Source: Vulcanimicrobiota bacterium (lineage in GTDB: Bacteria; Vulcanimicrobiota; Vulcanimicrobiia; Vulcanimicrobiales; Vulcanimicrobiaceae). Taken from it: a DNA stretch of 64,000 nt. Position numbers and translations under genes: made by a program. Positions 1-9,437 of this stretch are shown here, one piece after another (the stretch's first letter is position 1; every line of letters begins with the position of its first letter). Under the pieces are notes generated by a model. The model searched no databases. It saw only the letters and a list, made by a program, of their open reading frames with translations, and was not told the DNA's origin. The stretch is taken from positions 96,001 through 160,000 of the forward strand of contig CAVTCS010000003.1 of NCBI GenBank assembly GCA_963733295.1, in the 5' to 3' direction.

Positions 1-354
1 CAAACGCAAGATCAGTTTTTTTTCGTGGGCGAGTTGGACGGCTTCACGCAGAATCTCAACCTCGAGGGTCTTCTTGCCAAGAACCCGCTGCAGTTCGCGG
101 ATCTGCTTCTTGAGATCCCGAACCTCAGCAGCACTGACGACCTCGTCGTCAGCTCCAATGGCTTCGCGACTACCCTCGGCCATGCGGCGTCTCCAGTGGA
201 ACAGCTGACTGGGAGCTATCCCATGGATTCGGGCGACGTGCGAGACCGACATTCCCGGCCGGTTCGACTCCTCGACCAGCTGCAGTTTCTGCTCGACGGT
301 GAAACGGCGTCGACGTTCGACGCTTGTGATGACGTGGACGTGATCGTTCGACAT
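1..354 (-). CDS. IS3/IS2-group transposase OrfA (partial, not in ORF track)
   Basis: My translation: MSNDHVHVITSVERRRRFTVEQKLQLVEESNRPGMSVSHVARIHGIAPSQLFHWRR...EVRDLKKQIRELQRVLGKKTLEVEILREAVQLAHEKKLILRL, i.e. HTH plus leucine zipper. Alternative in-frame ATG at 366. Confidence 0.9.
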   Translation of the reverse strand, partial: MSNDHVHVITSVERRRRFTVEQKLQLVEESNRPGMSVSHVARIHGIAPSQLFHWRRRMAEGSREAIGADDEVVSAAEVRDLKKQIRELQRVLGKKTLEVEILREAVQLAHEKKLILRL

Positions 355-424
355 AGTCCTACTCATAGGCGTATGCCTATGCCTTCAGGTCATGTCGCGT
401 GTCCGGTTGAAAACGGGGTGTCCA
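1..424 (-). mobile_element. IS3-family (IS2 group) insertion sequence, left end; truncated by window start
   Basis: Minus strand starts TGGACACCCCGTTTTCAACCGGACA at 424 (IS3-type TG terminus). It is followed by an OrfA-like frame and an A8 run (T-run 16-23 on +) at the usual OrfA/OrfB frameshift position. Confidence 0.88.
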
Positions 425-798
425 TCCGTCGTCCGGCGAGCCGAAGACGATAGATCGAGCGGCCTCGATCCAAGCACGAGTTGGGTACATTCTCGTAGGC
501 GTGCTAAGACCGGATGGCTGAGGATCGCATGGATCGAGCGACCCTCGATGTCGAGCACGAATTTCGTACATTCTCGTAACCGTGCCCCCAAGACCGGATG
601 GTTGAGATAGGCCAGCGCTTCGCCCGCGGAGGTAATCGCGAAACTGCGCGCCATCTCGCTGCGACCGAGACCGGCGAGCTGAGGGAAAACGAACCACATC
701 CAATGCGTTCGTTTGACGCCGGCACGTAGCTCTTCCAGCACCGAGCGATACACCGGCCGCTGCGCGTCGACGAAACGTTCGAGCTGATAGGACGTCAC
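425..798 (-). pseudogene. DUF1810 (Rv1873-like) gene, internally duplicated, frameshifted and IS-interrupted
   Basis: LERFVDAQ...ELRAGVKRTHWMWFVFPQLAGLGRSEMA...YLNHPVLGARLREC. The segment HPVL(G)ARLRECT is duplicated, the FGSPDD motif is out of frame, and the IS end follows it. Confidence 0.8.
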
Positions 799-802
799 GG
801 TG

Positions 803-1621
803 TTATAGCTGTCGCGCCAACGCGAACTGCGTGTGAACCGGCGTAAACCGCGCCGCTTCGAAGGCCTTTTCGCATGCGCTGCCGCGTGGAACGTTATGTG
901 CTACGACCCGCTCGCTGCCTTGCAGTATGTCTTCGATCAGGACTTCCAGAGCATGCGGTTCCCCGTTCGCGAGGTATACGATTGCCTCGTCGTCGCGACG
1001 TCCAAAGAGCGCAAACGCGTCAGGTCGTTCCGGGTCACCGGCGACGCATGCCAGCAGACCGTCTATTTGCCCGATCGACGCAAGACTATTTTGCCAGGTT
1101 GTTCCTGGCGGCTCGGTAACGCGGTTTGCCAGTTCCGGTGAGAATTCGAGTGCACTGCTTCGATCGCCGGTCGCGCGCCCGGCGCGTTCAAAGGACCTGA
1201 GTTCTCGAGTCTTCTCGAAACCGGCCCCCGCGTAGACCGCGCGCGCCGCGAGGTTCTGTTCGAGAACCTCGAGTTCGACGTGCGTCGCGCCGCCCTCGCG
1301 CGCTTGCGCTACGACCTCGCTGAAGAATCCGTGCGACAGACCCTGCCCGCGAAAGGTCGCCGCCACACCGAAGGCTCCGACCCAGGCGTGCCTTTCGCGG
1401 AACGCGAGCAAGGCGACAGCGACGTGTTCCCGGCCGCTTAGCCAGAGCGAGGAGCGATCGAGATCGACGTCGTGGCGCGAGAGAAACGACGCGAGGCCGG
1501 CTTCACTGAAGCGAACTTCGGCAGGGTATCCGGCGTAAGCGTGCTCGAGCGCGTCGACCGTCGTCTTCAGATCGACTGAAGCTATCGAGACTCTTCTGAA
1601 CGCGGCCGTAAGCTGACGCTT
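803..1621 (-). CDS. GNAT acetyltransferase (start uncertain)
   Basis: AWVGAFGVAATFRGQGL and LEVLEQNLAARAVYAGAGF. The frame is open upstream of the TTG at 1411 as far as 1621, with family-like sequence (YAGYPAEVRFSEAGLASFLSRHDVDLDRS). Confidence 0.8.
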   Translation of the reverse strand, partial: KRQLTAAFRRVSIASVDLKTTVDALEHAYAGYPAEVRFSEAGLASFLSRHDVDLDRSSLWLSGREHVAVALLAFRERHAWVGAFGVAATFRGQGLSHGFFSEVVAQAREGGATHVELEVLEQNLAARAVYAGAGFEKTRELRSFERAGRATGDRSSALEFSPELANRVTEPPGTTWQNSLASIGQIDGLLACVAGDPERPDAFALFGRRDDEAIVYLANGEPHALEVLIEDILQGSERVVAHNVPRGSACEKAFEAARFTPVHTQFALARQL

Positions 1622-1731
1622 TCATGACGTGGCCCGGAGTAGGTCGGGCCTACTACTTGAGCCCGGCTCTTCACCTTCCCCTCCGGTGGGGCGAACCGGA
1701 ATCTTCTGCGCGATGGGGTAAGCTTTAGGCT

Positions 1732-2475
1732 ATGAAGACGCTCGTGGCTTTCGACCTGGACGGGACGCTGGCGGAAAGCAAGTCCGCGATCGACGACGAG
1801 ATGGCCGGACTCTTATCCAAGCTTCTCGCCGTCGTAAACGTAGCGGTCATCTCGGGTGGCGCCTGGCCGCAGTTTCAGACGCAGGTGATCGCGCGACTTC
1901 CGAGCGACGCGGACCTCATCAGGCTCTCGATCCTCCCGACGTGCGGCACGAAGTTCATGCAATACAAAGACGGCTGGCAGACGCTCTACTCCGAAGATTT
2001 CACCGATGCGCAGAAGCAGAAGATCGAGAGCGCGCTGCAAGCCGCGGTCAATGCGTCGGGCTTCCACATCGACAAAATCTGGGGCGAACAAATCGAGGAC
2101 CGCGGAAGTCAGATCACCTTCTCCGCACTCGGGCAACAAGCGCCGCTCGACGCGAAGAAGACCTGGGACCCTGACTTTTCCAAACGTCAGAAGATCAAGG
2201 CGCTCCTCGACGTCTCGATTCCCGAGTTTTCCGTCCAGCTCGGCGGCACGACCTCGGTCGACGTGACGCTTCCCGGGATCGATAAGGCCTACGGCATTCG
2301 AAAGATGCGCGATATTCTCGGTATTCCGATCGCGCAGATGCTCTATGCCGGCGATGCTCTGTTTCCCGGCGGCAACGACTATCCGGTCCGGACGACCGGC
2401 GCCGATTGCATCCAAGTCCGCGACCCCAACGAAACCAAGCGCGTGATCGAAACGGTCGTGGCCTGCCTGAAGTGA
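1732..2475 (+). CDS. HAD-IIB family hydrolase (phosphomannomutase-like)
   Basis: FDLDGTLAESK, IEDRGSQITFSALGQQAP, GGTTSVDV, GDALFPGGND. Confidence 0.9.
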   Translation: MKTLVAFDLDGTLAESKSAIDDEMAGLLSKLLAVVNVAVISGGAWPQFQTQVIARLPSDADLIRLSILPTCGTKFMQYKDGWQTLYSEDFTDAQKQKIESALQAAVNASGFHIDKIWGEQIEDRGSQITFSALGQQAPLDAKKTWDPDFSKRQKIKALLDVSIPEFSVQLGGTTSVDVTLPGIDKAYGIRKMRDILGIPIAQMLYAGDALFPGGNDYPVRTTGADCIQVRDPNETKRVIETVVACLK

Positions 2476-2479
2476 GGCG

Positions 2480-3877
2480 CTAAACCGAGGTCAGCGTCGG
2501 GCGCCGCGTCTGGAAGTCGGTGCGAGCTTGATATTCGCGCGCGATGAAGGTGAGTTTCGCTTCGCAAAACGGGCGGCCGATCAGCGACATTCCGGTCGGT
2601 AATCCGTTCTCGCCGAAGCCGTTGGGGAAGCCGATCGCAGGTACGCCGGTGAGGTTGCCCGCGGAGATCGGGTCGACGACTCCCGGATATTTCGGGTACG
2701 CCTTGTCGAACGGGAGATCGATCGGATACGCGACCGTCGGAAGCGTCGGCGTCGCGATCGCATCGTACGGAGCGAAAGCCTTTTCGAAGGCCGCAAGCAT
2801 GCGCGTGCGCTGACGTTGCGCGTCGACATAATCGACCGCGAGCGTCGCGTACGCTTCGTAGCCCCCAACCCGATCGGAAGGCGAACGAAGCTCCTGCGCG
2901 CGCCCGCTTTCGATCAGCTCGCGGAACGCAGCGGCTCCCTCGCCATTGACGATCGTGCCGACGGCAGCGCCGTAGGGGAGATCCGGAAGCGCGACGTCGG
3001 GCTCGATGTCGCAAAATTCGGCGAGCACCTTGAGCGCCAGCTCGAAGTTGGTCTTCACGGCCGGCATCGACTTCTGCGTCGACTTCGCCATGACCGCAAT
3101 CCGCGGGCGCCGTCGCGGCGCCGGAAAGGGTGCGTCGACCGTCGTCGGATCGTTTGGATCCACCCCGGCGATTGCGCGCAGAACGGCCTCGGTGTCGCTT
3201 GCCGAACGCGCCATCGGCCCGATCTTGTCGAGCGTCCAGCAGAGCGCCATCGCACCGTGACGGCTCACGCGTCCATAGGTCGGCCGGAGTCCGGTGATCC
3301 CGCAACTCGTCGATGGAAACAGAATCGAGCCCGAGGTTTCCGAGCCGAGTGCGAAGCCGACGAGCCCCGCGGCCGTCGCGGCACCGGAGCCGCTCGACGA
3401 GCCGCCGCTCCAAAACTTGCGATTCCACGGAGTTCGCCCCGGCCCGGTGAACGAAGCGTCCGCCTCGTTGTAGCCGAAGCCGCCGGCGAGCTCGACCATC
3501 GCGAGTTTCGCGAGCAAGACCGCGCCGGCCGCGGTCAATTTCGAAATCGCGGTCGCATCGTAGTCGAAACGCTGTTTTCGATACGGCTCGGCGCCCCACG
3601 TCGTCGGCGCTCCAATCGCCGCGAGCAAATCCTTCGCGCCGTAGGGAATGCCATGCAGTGCGCCGCGCACTTTGCCGGCGGCGCGTTCACGGTCGGCCCG
3701 CTTAGCTTCTCCGCGGGCACGTTCGGGCATCAGCGTGACGACCGCGTTGTAAGCGGGTCCGTATTTCTCTAAGCGTGCCAGGTACAGTTCGGTCAATTCG
3801 AGCGAGGAAACCGACTTTCGCGTCATCAGGCGCTGCAGCGTCGAGACCGGGGCGAAAGCGAGATCGTCGTCGCTCAT
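2480..3877 (-). CDS. Amidase-signature family enzyme
   Basis: YGAKDL (Lys), GGSSSGSG, GSETSGSI catalytic motifs. Confidence 0.92.
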   Translation of the reverse strand: MSDDDLAFAPVSTLQRLMTRKSVSSLELTELYLARLEKYGPAYNAVVTLMPERARGEAKRADRERAAGKVRGALHGIPYGAKDLLAAIGAPTTWGAEPYRKQRFDYDATAISKLTAAGAVLLAKLAMVELAGGFGYNEADASFTGPGRTPWNRKFWSGGSSSGSGAATAAGLVGFALGSETSGSILFPSTSCGITGLRPTYGRVSRHGAMALCWTLDKIGPMARSASDTEAVLRAIAGVDPNDPTTVDAPFPAPRRRPRIAVMAKSTQKSMPAVKTNFELALKVLAEFCDIEPDVALPDLPYGAAVGTIVNGEGAAAFRELIESGRAQELRSPSDRVGGYEAYATLAVDYVDAQRQRTRMLAAFEKAFAPYDAIATPTLPTVAYPIDLPFDKAYPKYPGVVDPISAGNLTGVPAIGFPNGFGENGLPTGMSLIGRPFCEAKLTFIAREYQARTDFQTRRPTLTSV

Positions 3878-4182
3878 GCGCGTTCGAGCGAGAAGATCGT
3901 TACGGGTCCCTCGCCGTTCTGCAGCCGGTGCTTGGGGGGATCGAGTGCGGCGCTCGCTTTCGCGTTGTCGTCGATGTTCTTCGCGATGATCGCAATCTGG
4001 TCGTCGGTGAGCTTCGGATCGAAGCGCCGCATCGCGAGCGCCGTGGCGAGCGCCGGCGCCGATGGTTTGGGGCTTTCGCTCGGTACCGGCGAGGGCGTGT
4101 CGGCGGCGCGGGCAGCCGCGGACAACGCGAGGGCGGCCCCGGTCACTCCGACCGCTGAAAGAAAAGTGCTACGCTTCGCCAT
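3874..4182 (-). CDS. Small exported protein, probable amidase partner (GatC/AtzG-like)
   Basis: Tat-like signal KRSTFL...ARA. The stop overlaps the amidase start (ATGA) and the C-terminus is LQNGEGPVTIF. Confidence 0.65.
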   Translation of the reverse strand: MAKRSTFLSAVGVTGAALALSAAARAADTPSPVPSESPKPSAPALATALAMRRFDPKLTDDQIAIIAKNIDDNAKASAALDPPKHRLQNGEGPVTIFSLERA

Positions 4183-4278
4183 GCGAAGTGCTTTCTCGCG
4201 CTTTCGCGAAACGTACCTTTCTGGCCGGGCAATTTTTGTGTAAAATCGGGTAAGGCTGCGGCGGCCGCGCTACAACGG

Positions 4279-4857
4279 GTGAATGACGATGACGATTCCG
4301 GGCTTCGTTTCATGAAGAGCCAGGCTTTCGGCTCGGGCGCCGGTGCGGTGACCGCGCTCCGTCCGGACCTCGCCGCGCCGCCGCCGGCTCTGGTTGAGGT
4401 CGCGTTCACCGTTAACGGCGAGGGGGTCAAGCTCTCCGTCGATCCGCGCACGACCTTGCTCGAAACGCTCCGCGAGACGCTCGACTTGACGGGTACGAAG
4501 AAGGGCTGCGACCACGGTCAGTGCGGCGCGTGCACCGTTCACGTTAACGGGCGGCGCATCAATTCGTGCCTCTCGCTTACGGCAATGCATGACGGCGACG
4601 CGATCACCACCGTCGAGGGGCTCGGTGCGCCCGGCGCCCTGCACCCGATGCAAGCCGCATTTCTGCAACACGACGGGTACCAGTGCGGCTACTGTACGCC
4701 CGGACAGCTCATGTCGGCAACGGCCCTACTCGACGAACCCTGCGGTCCCTCGGACGCCGATGTGGCGGAGTGCATGAGCGGGAACATCTGCCGTTGCGGC
4801 GCCTACCAGAATATCGTGGCTGCCGTGCAGTCCGTTCGCAAGCAAAGCAAGCCGTGA
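4279..4857 (+). CDS. Aldehyde oxidoreductase/xanthine dehydrogenase family 2Fe-2S subunit (PaoA/YagT-like)
   Basis: GTKKGCDHGQCGACTV, QCGYCTPG, GNICRCGAY. Confidence 0.93.
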   Translation: MNDDDDSGLRFMKSQAFGSGAGAVTALRPDLAAPPPALVEVAFTVNGEGVKLSVDPRTTLLETLRETLDLTGTKKGCDHGQCGACTVHVNGRRINSCLSLTAMHDGDAITTVEGLGAPGALHPMQAAFLQHDGYQCGYCTPGQLMSATALLDEPCGPSDADVAECMSGNICRCGAYQNIVAAVQSVRKQSKP

Positions 4858-5834
4858 AGGCGTTCAGTTTTTCGCGAGCGGAGACGGTCGAAGACGCGTT
4901 GCGCGCATCGAACGGAGGCGCGACGTTCGTCGCAGGCGGCACGACGCTGATCGACTTGATGAAGCTCGACGTCGAAATGCCGCGGAAGGTCGTCGACATC
5001 AATCGGCTTCCGTTGGGCGGAATTTCGCGTACGGCGGACGGCGGCCTACGAATTGGAGCGCTCGCGAGGAACTCCGACGTCGCGCATCATTCCGACGTCG
5101 CCCGCGACTATCGGGTGCTTTCCGAGGCGCTTCTCGCGGGCGCATCGGCACAGCTGCGGAACATGGCCTCCACCGGCGGGAATCTCTTGCAGCGAACGCG
5201 CTGCGTCTATTTTCGCGACACCGCATACGCTTGCAACAAGCGCGCGCCGGGAAGCGGCTGTTCGGCGATCGGCGGGTTCAACCGTAACCTTGCGATTCTT
5301 GGTACGAGCGAGCACTGCATCGCGTCGAATCCTTCGGACCAAAACGTCGCCTTGGCGGCACTCGAAGCGACGGTGCAGATCGACGGCGCGCGCGGCGAGC
5401 GAAGCGTACGGCTCGCCGATTTCTTTCTGATGCCCGGCAATACACCCGAGCGCGAAACCGTTCTCGAACCGGGTGAACTGATTACCTCGGTAACGCTGCC
5501 CCCGCCCGTCCGTGGCTCGAAATCGACCTACCTGAAACTACGCGACCGCGCGTCATATGAATTCGCCCTCGTTTCGGCGGCGGTCGTAGTGACGGTCGAG
5601 GGAGGCTCGATCCGGCGCGCGCGCATCGCGCTGGGCGGCATCGGCACGAAGCCTTGGCGCAGCCTCGATGCAGAGGTTGCGTTGGAAGGCAAGTCCGCGT
5701 CGCCCGAAAATTTTGCGCACGCCGCGCAGATCGTCTTGCGCGATGCGAAGCCACAGGCCCAAAACGGCTTCAAGGTCGAACTCGCGAAGCGCTGCCTCAT
5801 CGGGGCGCTGACGCTCGTAACGAAGGTTGAGTAG
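4854..5834 (+). CDS. FAD-binding subunit (PaoB/YagS-like)
   Basis: GTG overlaps the upstream TGA; AGGTTLIDLMK, GASAQLRNMASTGGNLLQRTRC, KLRDRASYEFAL. Confidence 0.93.
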   Translation: MKAFSFSRAETVEDALRASNGGATFVAGGTTLIDLMKLDVEMPRKVVDINRLPLGGISRTADGGLRIGALARNSDVAHHSDVARDYRVLSEALLAGASAQLRNMASTGGNLLQRTRCVYFRDTAYACNKRAPGSGCSAIGGFNRNLAILGTSEHCIASNPSDQNVALAALEATVQIDGARGERSVRLADFFLMPGNTPERETVLEPGELITSVTLPPPVRGSKSTYLKLRDRASYEFALVSAAVVVTVEGGSIRRARIALGGIGTKPWRSLDAEVALEGKSASPENFAHAAQIVLRDAKPQAQNGFKVELAKRCLIGALTLVTKVE

Positions 5835-5840
5835 GACCGC

Positions 5841-8027
5841 ATGAGCGTCATCGGTCAATCGCTGCCACGCATCGACGGCCCGCTGAAACTGACGGGAGCC
5901 GCGAAATATTCGTCGGACCACAACTTCGAGGACATGGTCTACGCCGTCGCGGTCGGCAGCACGATCGCGAACGGCCGCGTTGCCTCGCTCGACGTCGCTG
6001 ATGCCCGTGCGATGCCGGGCGTCGTCGAGATCTTCCATCGCGGCAACATCGGCAAGCTCTACAAGCCATCGCCGGGAGCGGGTGCGATCGACGAAGCGCG
6101 CCCGGCGTTTGCCGACGATACGATTCGTTATTACGGTCAATACGTCGCGCTCGTCGTCGCGGAAACGTTCGAAGAGGCGGTGGCCGCTGCAGCTTGCGTC
6201 AGGGTGATCTACGCCGCTGTCGATCCGCCCGCGGTTTCGCTGGAACTCTCGCCGCACGACGAACCCCAGGAGCAGAGCCGGCGCGGCGATCCGGAAGGGG
6301 CTTTCGATGGCGCGCCGGTCAAGATCGACTATACGTACGTCACGCCGGTCGAGACGCACAGCGCCATCGAGTTGCACGCCTCCGTCGCGCTTTCCGACGG
6401 AGACCAGTTCACTTTGTACGAGACGACGCAAGCGGTCGTCAACAGCCGCAACGTCCTCAGCGAGATCCTCAGAGTTCGCCGCGAGGACGTCCGCGTCATC
6501 ACGAAATTCCTCGGCTCGGGCTTCGGCGGGAAACTCTGGCCCTGGCCGCATGCAGCGCTTGCCGCCGCGGCCGCCCGGGATCTCGGTCGTCCGGTAAAAC
6601 TCGTTCTTAGCCGCAAACAGAACTTCGAATCGGCCGGTCACCGCGCGCGAACGCAGCAACGCGTGCGCTTGGGCGCCGAACGCGACGGTACGCTCGTCTC
6701 GTTACTGCACGAGTACGTCAACCAGCGCAGCTTCCGTGACGAGTACGACGAAAGCTGCGGCGAAGCGACGCCCTACTTCTACGGCACGCCCAACCTGCTC
6801 GTCGCGGGCGCGCAAGCGAAGCAACACGTCGGTGCTCCGACCGCCATGCGCGGGCCCGGTGCCGTTCCGGGTCTTTTCGCGACGGAGTCGGCCTACGACG
6901 AACTGGCCGTCGCACTCGGCGTGGACCCGGTGCAACTCCGCCTCAAGAACGAGCCCGAGAACGATCAGTCGCTCGACATTCCGTTCTCCTCGCGCCACTA
7001 CGTCGAGTGTCTGACCCTCGGTGCGGAAAAATTCGGCTGGCCGCAGCGCACGCCGGCCGTGGGTTCGATGCGCAGAGACGGCACGATCCTCGGCTGGGGG
7101 ATGGCCGGCTGTTCTTGGCTGGCCGCGCGCTTCAACGCGGAAGCACGTGTCGAACTGCACGCCGACGGTTCGGCGTTCGTCGGCATCGCGACGCAGGACA
7201 TCGGCACCGGCACCTACACCGTTCTCGCCCAGCTCGTCGCCGAGGTGACGGGCGTTCCGCTCGAACGCGTCATCGTCGAGCTCGGCGATACGCGCTTACC
7301 GCCGGGCCCGACTTCGGGCGGCTCGATGGTAACGGCCTCGGTCATTCCGGCGGTGCTGCAGGCCGCGCGCGTCGCGATGAAGTCCGCAATTTCGCTGGCG
7401 ACGTCGGGTCCCGGCGCGCCTTTCGCGGGACGCGAAGCGGACGATCTCGAGTTCAGCGGCGGACGCATCTTCCCGAAAGACGGGTCCGACGCCGGCGTTC
7501 CGTTCGAGCGCGTCCTCGAGAGCGCTTCGGTTGCGCTCGTCTCGGGTTCGGGTAAGGGAGTACGCTCGTTTGGGGCAGAGGATCCCACTCACTCGGCATA
7601 CTCGTACGGATCGCACTTCGTCGAAGTCGCGTGGCAACCCGAGATCGCGCGCTTGCGAGTGAACCGGATCGTGACGGTCATCGACGCTGGAAAGATCCTC
7701 AACCCACGCAGCGCCCGAAATCAGGTCGAAGGTGCGCTGGTCATGGGAGTCGGCATGGCGTTGTTCGAGCAGACGGTGTACGATCCGCGCTCGGGCGCGC
7801 CGATCAACAGCAATCTCGCCGACTACATGGTCGCGACGAACGCCGATACGCCGCGCATGGACGTGACGTTCCTCGACTATCCCGACACGTATTTGAACGA
7901 ACTCGGCGCGCGCGGCGTCGGGGAAATCGGCCTCGCCGGCATCGCGTCGGCAATCACGTCAGCGGTCTACCACGCCACCGGCGTGCGCGTACGCGAGCTG
8001 CCGGTCGAGATCGAGAAGCTGCTCTAG
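5841..8027 (+). CDS. Molybdopterin-binding subunit (PaoC/YagR-like)
   Basis: GSGFGGK, MRGPG, DIGTGTYT, GARGVGEIG. Confidence 0.93.
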   Translation: MSVIGQSLPRIDGPLKLTGAAKYSSDHNFEDMVYAVAVGSTIANGRVASLDVADARAMPGVVEIFHRGNIGKLYKPSPGAGAIDEARPAFADDTIRYYGQYVALVVAETFEEAVAAAACVRVIYAAVDPPAVSLELSPHDEPQEQSRRGDPEGAFDGAPVKIDYTYVTPVETHSAIELHASVALSDGDQFTLYETTQAVVNSRNVLSEILRVRREDVRVITKFLGSGFGGKLWPWPHAALAAAAARDLGRPVKLVLSRKQNFESAGHRARTQQRVRLGAERDGTLVSLLHEYVNQRSFRDEYDESCGEATPYFYGTPNLLVAGAQAKQHVGAPTAMRGPGAVPGLFATESAYDELAVALGVDPVQLRLKNEPENDQSLDIPFSSRHYVECLTLGAEKFGWPQRTPAVGSMRRDGTILGWGMAGCSWLAARFNAEARVELHADGSAFVGIATQDIGTGTYTVLAQLVAEVTGVPLERVIVELGDTRLPPGPTSGGSMVTASVIPAVLQAARVAMKSAISLATSGPGAPFAGREADDLEFSGGRIFPKDGSDAGVPFERVLESASVALVSGSGKGVRSFGAEDPTHSAYSYGSHFVEVAWQPEIARLRVNRIVTVIDAGKILNPRSARNQVEGALVMGVGMALFEQTVYDPRSGAPINSNLADYMVATNADTPRMDVTFLDYPDTYLNELGARGVGEIGLAGIASAITSAVYHATGVRVRELPVEIEKLL

Positions 8028-8296
8028 GAGCGCGCGAACCGCTCGGCGGCCCGGGCCTTCGCTCGCGCTGCCCATTCCGCGCGGTCGCGCGGCGAGGCGG
8101 TGGTGACGAGCGAGTCGATGAGCCGGCGTGCGACCTCGGCGACGTCGTCGACCGCGGCGTTGAAGGTTGCCTCGTTGGCGTGCGAAGGTTTGGCGAACCC
8201 GGACAGTTTGCGCACGAACTGGATCGAAGCGGCTCGGACCTCGTCGTCGCTGGCCGGTGGCTCAAAGTTGAAGAGGGTGCGGATATTGCGGCACAT
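8024..8296 (-). CDS. DUF2277 family protein
   Basis: MCRNIRTLFNFEPPASDDEVRAASIQFVRKLSG. Confidence 0.85.
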   Translation of the reverse strand: MCRNIRTLFNFEPPASDDEVRAASIQFVRKLSGFAKPSHANEATFNAAVDDVAEVARRLIDSLVTTASPRDRAEWAARAKARAAERFARS

Positions 8297-8314
8297 CCCC
8301 GGATTATACGACGG

Positions 8315-9349
8315 CTACCCCTCGGGATCCAAGAGCTGCAGGGCCCGGGCGGGGATCTCGAGTTGATCGATCGTGCACTGCGCGGGTGACTTGTCGGTTC
8401 GCCAACGCACCGGGCGCGCGCCGTGCCGGATGCGCCGGCCGGTCACTTGATCGAAAGCGACTTCCAGAACGAGCTTCGGCGCGAGCGCGACGTACGAGCG
8501 GTCACGTTCGGGATCCCGGCTCCAACGCGAGGGTGAATTGCCGGGGGCGTTGCCCGTAAAGCCGCTGCCGCCGGCAAGCGGCGCAAGTCGCTCGAGCAGC
8601 GCAACCCGCTCCTCGTTCGAAAACGCGCTGCAGAAACCGACCGAATCGAGCAGTCCGGCCTCGTCGTAGAGGCCGAGCAGCAAGCTCCCGACGCGGTCGC
8701 GACTTCCCGCTGCATACCGGAAGCCGCCGACGACGCAGTCGGCAGTTCGCGTGTGTTTGATCTTGACGCCGCCCTCGCGCTTGCCGCTTTCATACGGAAG
8801 GTCGAGGCGCTTCGCGACGACGCCGTCGAGGCCGCCGCCGACGCGCGCGAACCACGTGTCCACGACGCTGCGCTCGGTCGTAGCTGGGCTCAAACGCAAG
8901 CGTCCATCGCGCGGAAAGTGCTTGGCGAAGCCCTCGAGCGCGTTGCGTCGCTCGCTCAGCGCTCGCTCGTACCAGTCCCGGTCTCCGTCGCGGAGCAAGT
9001 CGAAGACGAGATAGTAGGCGGGCGTCGTGCGAGCCAGCATTGTGACGCGGCTTTCGGCCGGATGGATGCGCTGCTGGAGCGCGTCGAACGAGAGCACGTC
9101 GTCGATCGGTACGACGAGTTCGCCGTCGAGCGAAAAGCCGTCGACGGGAATGGCCGCGACCGCTCGAACTATTTCGGGAAAGTAGCGCGCGAGAGGCTGC
9201 CCGTTTTTCGAAGTGAGTGCGACCCGCTCGCCGTCACGATGCGCCAAGCAACGAAAGCCGTCCCACTTCGGCTCGTACTGCCAGAGCGGGCCGTCCGGGA
9301 TCTCGGCGACCGTCCGCATTTCCATCGGAGCGAAGTCCGGTGCGATCAC
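8315..9349 (-). CDS. ATP-dependent DNA ligase (LigC-like)
   Basis: EPKWDGFR adenylation motif, TADCVVGGFR, GSLLLGLYD, WRTDK; probable GTG start at 9349. Confidence 0.9.
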   Translation of the reverse strand: MIAPDFAPMEMRTVAEIPDGPLWQYEPKWDGFRCLAHRDGERVALTSKNGQPLARYFPEIVRAVAAIPVDGFSLDGELVVPIDDVLSFDALQQRIHPAESRVTMLARTTPAYYLVFDLLRDGDRDWYERALSERRNALEGFAKHFPRDGRLRLSPATTERSVVDTWFARVGGGLDGVVAKRLDLPYESGKREGGVKIKHTRTADCVVGGFRYAAGSRDRVGSLLLGLYDEAGLLDSVGFCSAFSNEERVALLERLAPLAGGSGFTGNAPGNSPSRWSRDPERDRSYVALAPKLVLEVAFDQVTGRRIRHGARPVRWRTDKSPAQCTIDQLEIPARALQLLDPEG

Positions 9350-9437
9350 GCCCGCGGAATTAGGCGGCGTATCGAGCTTTCCGCTCGGCAGGGGACCGAG
9401 CGGCCGACGACGATGAATCGCGGCGGAGGGGACCTGC

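Noticed and set aside
25..453. 142-aa + strand ORF
   Set aside because: Antisense shadow of IS OrfA.
8315..9349. LigC as part of an NHEJ or defence system
   Set aside because: No Ku or primase-polymerase neighbour; stand-alone LigC is common.
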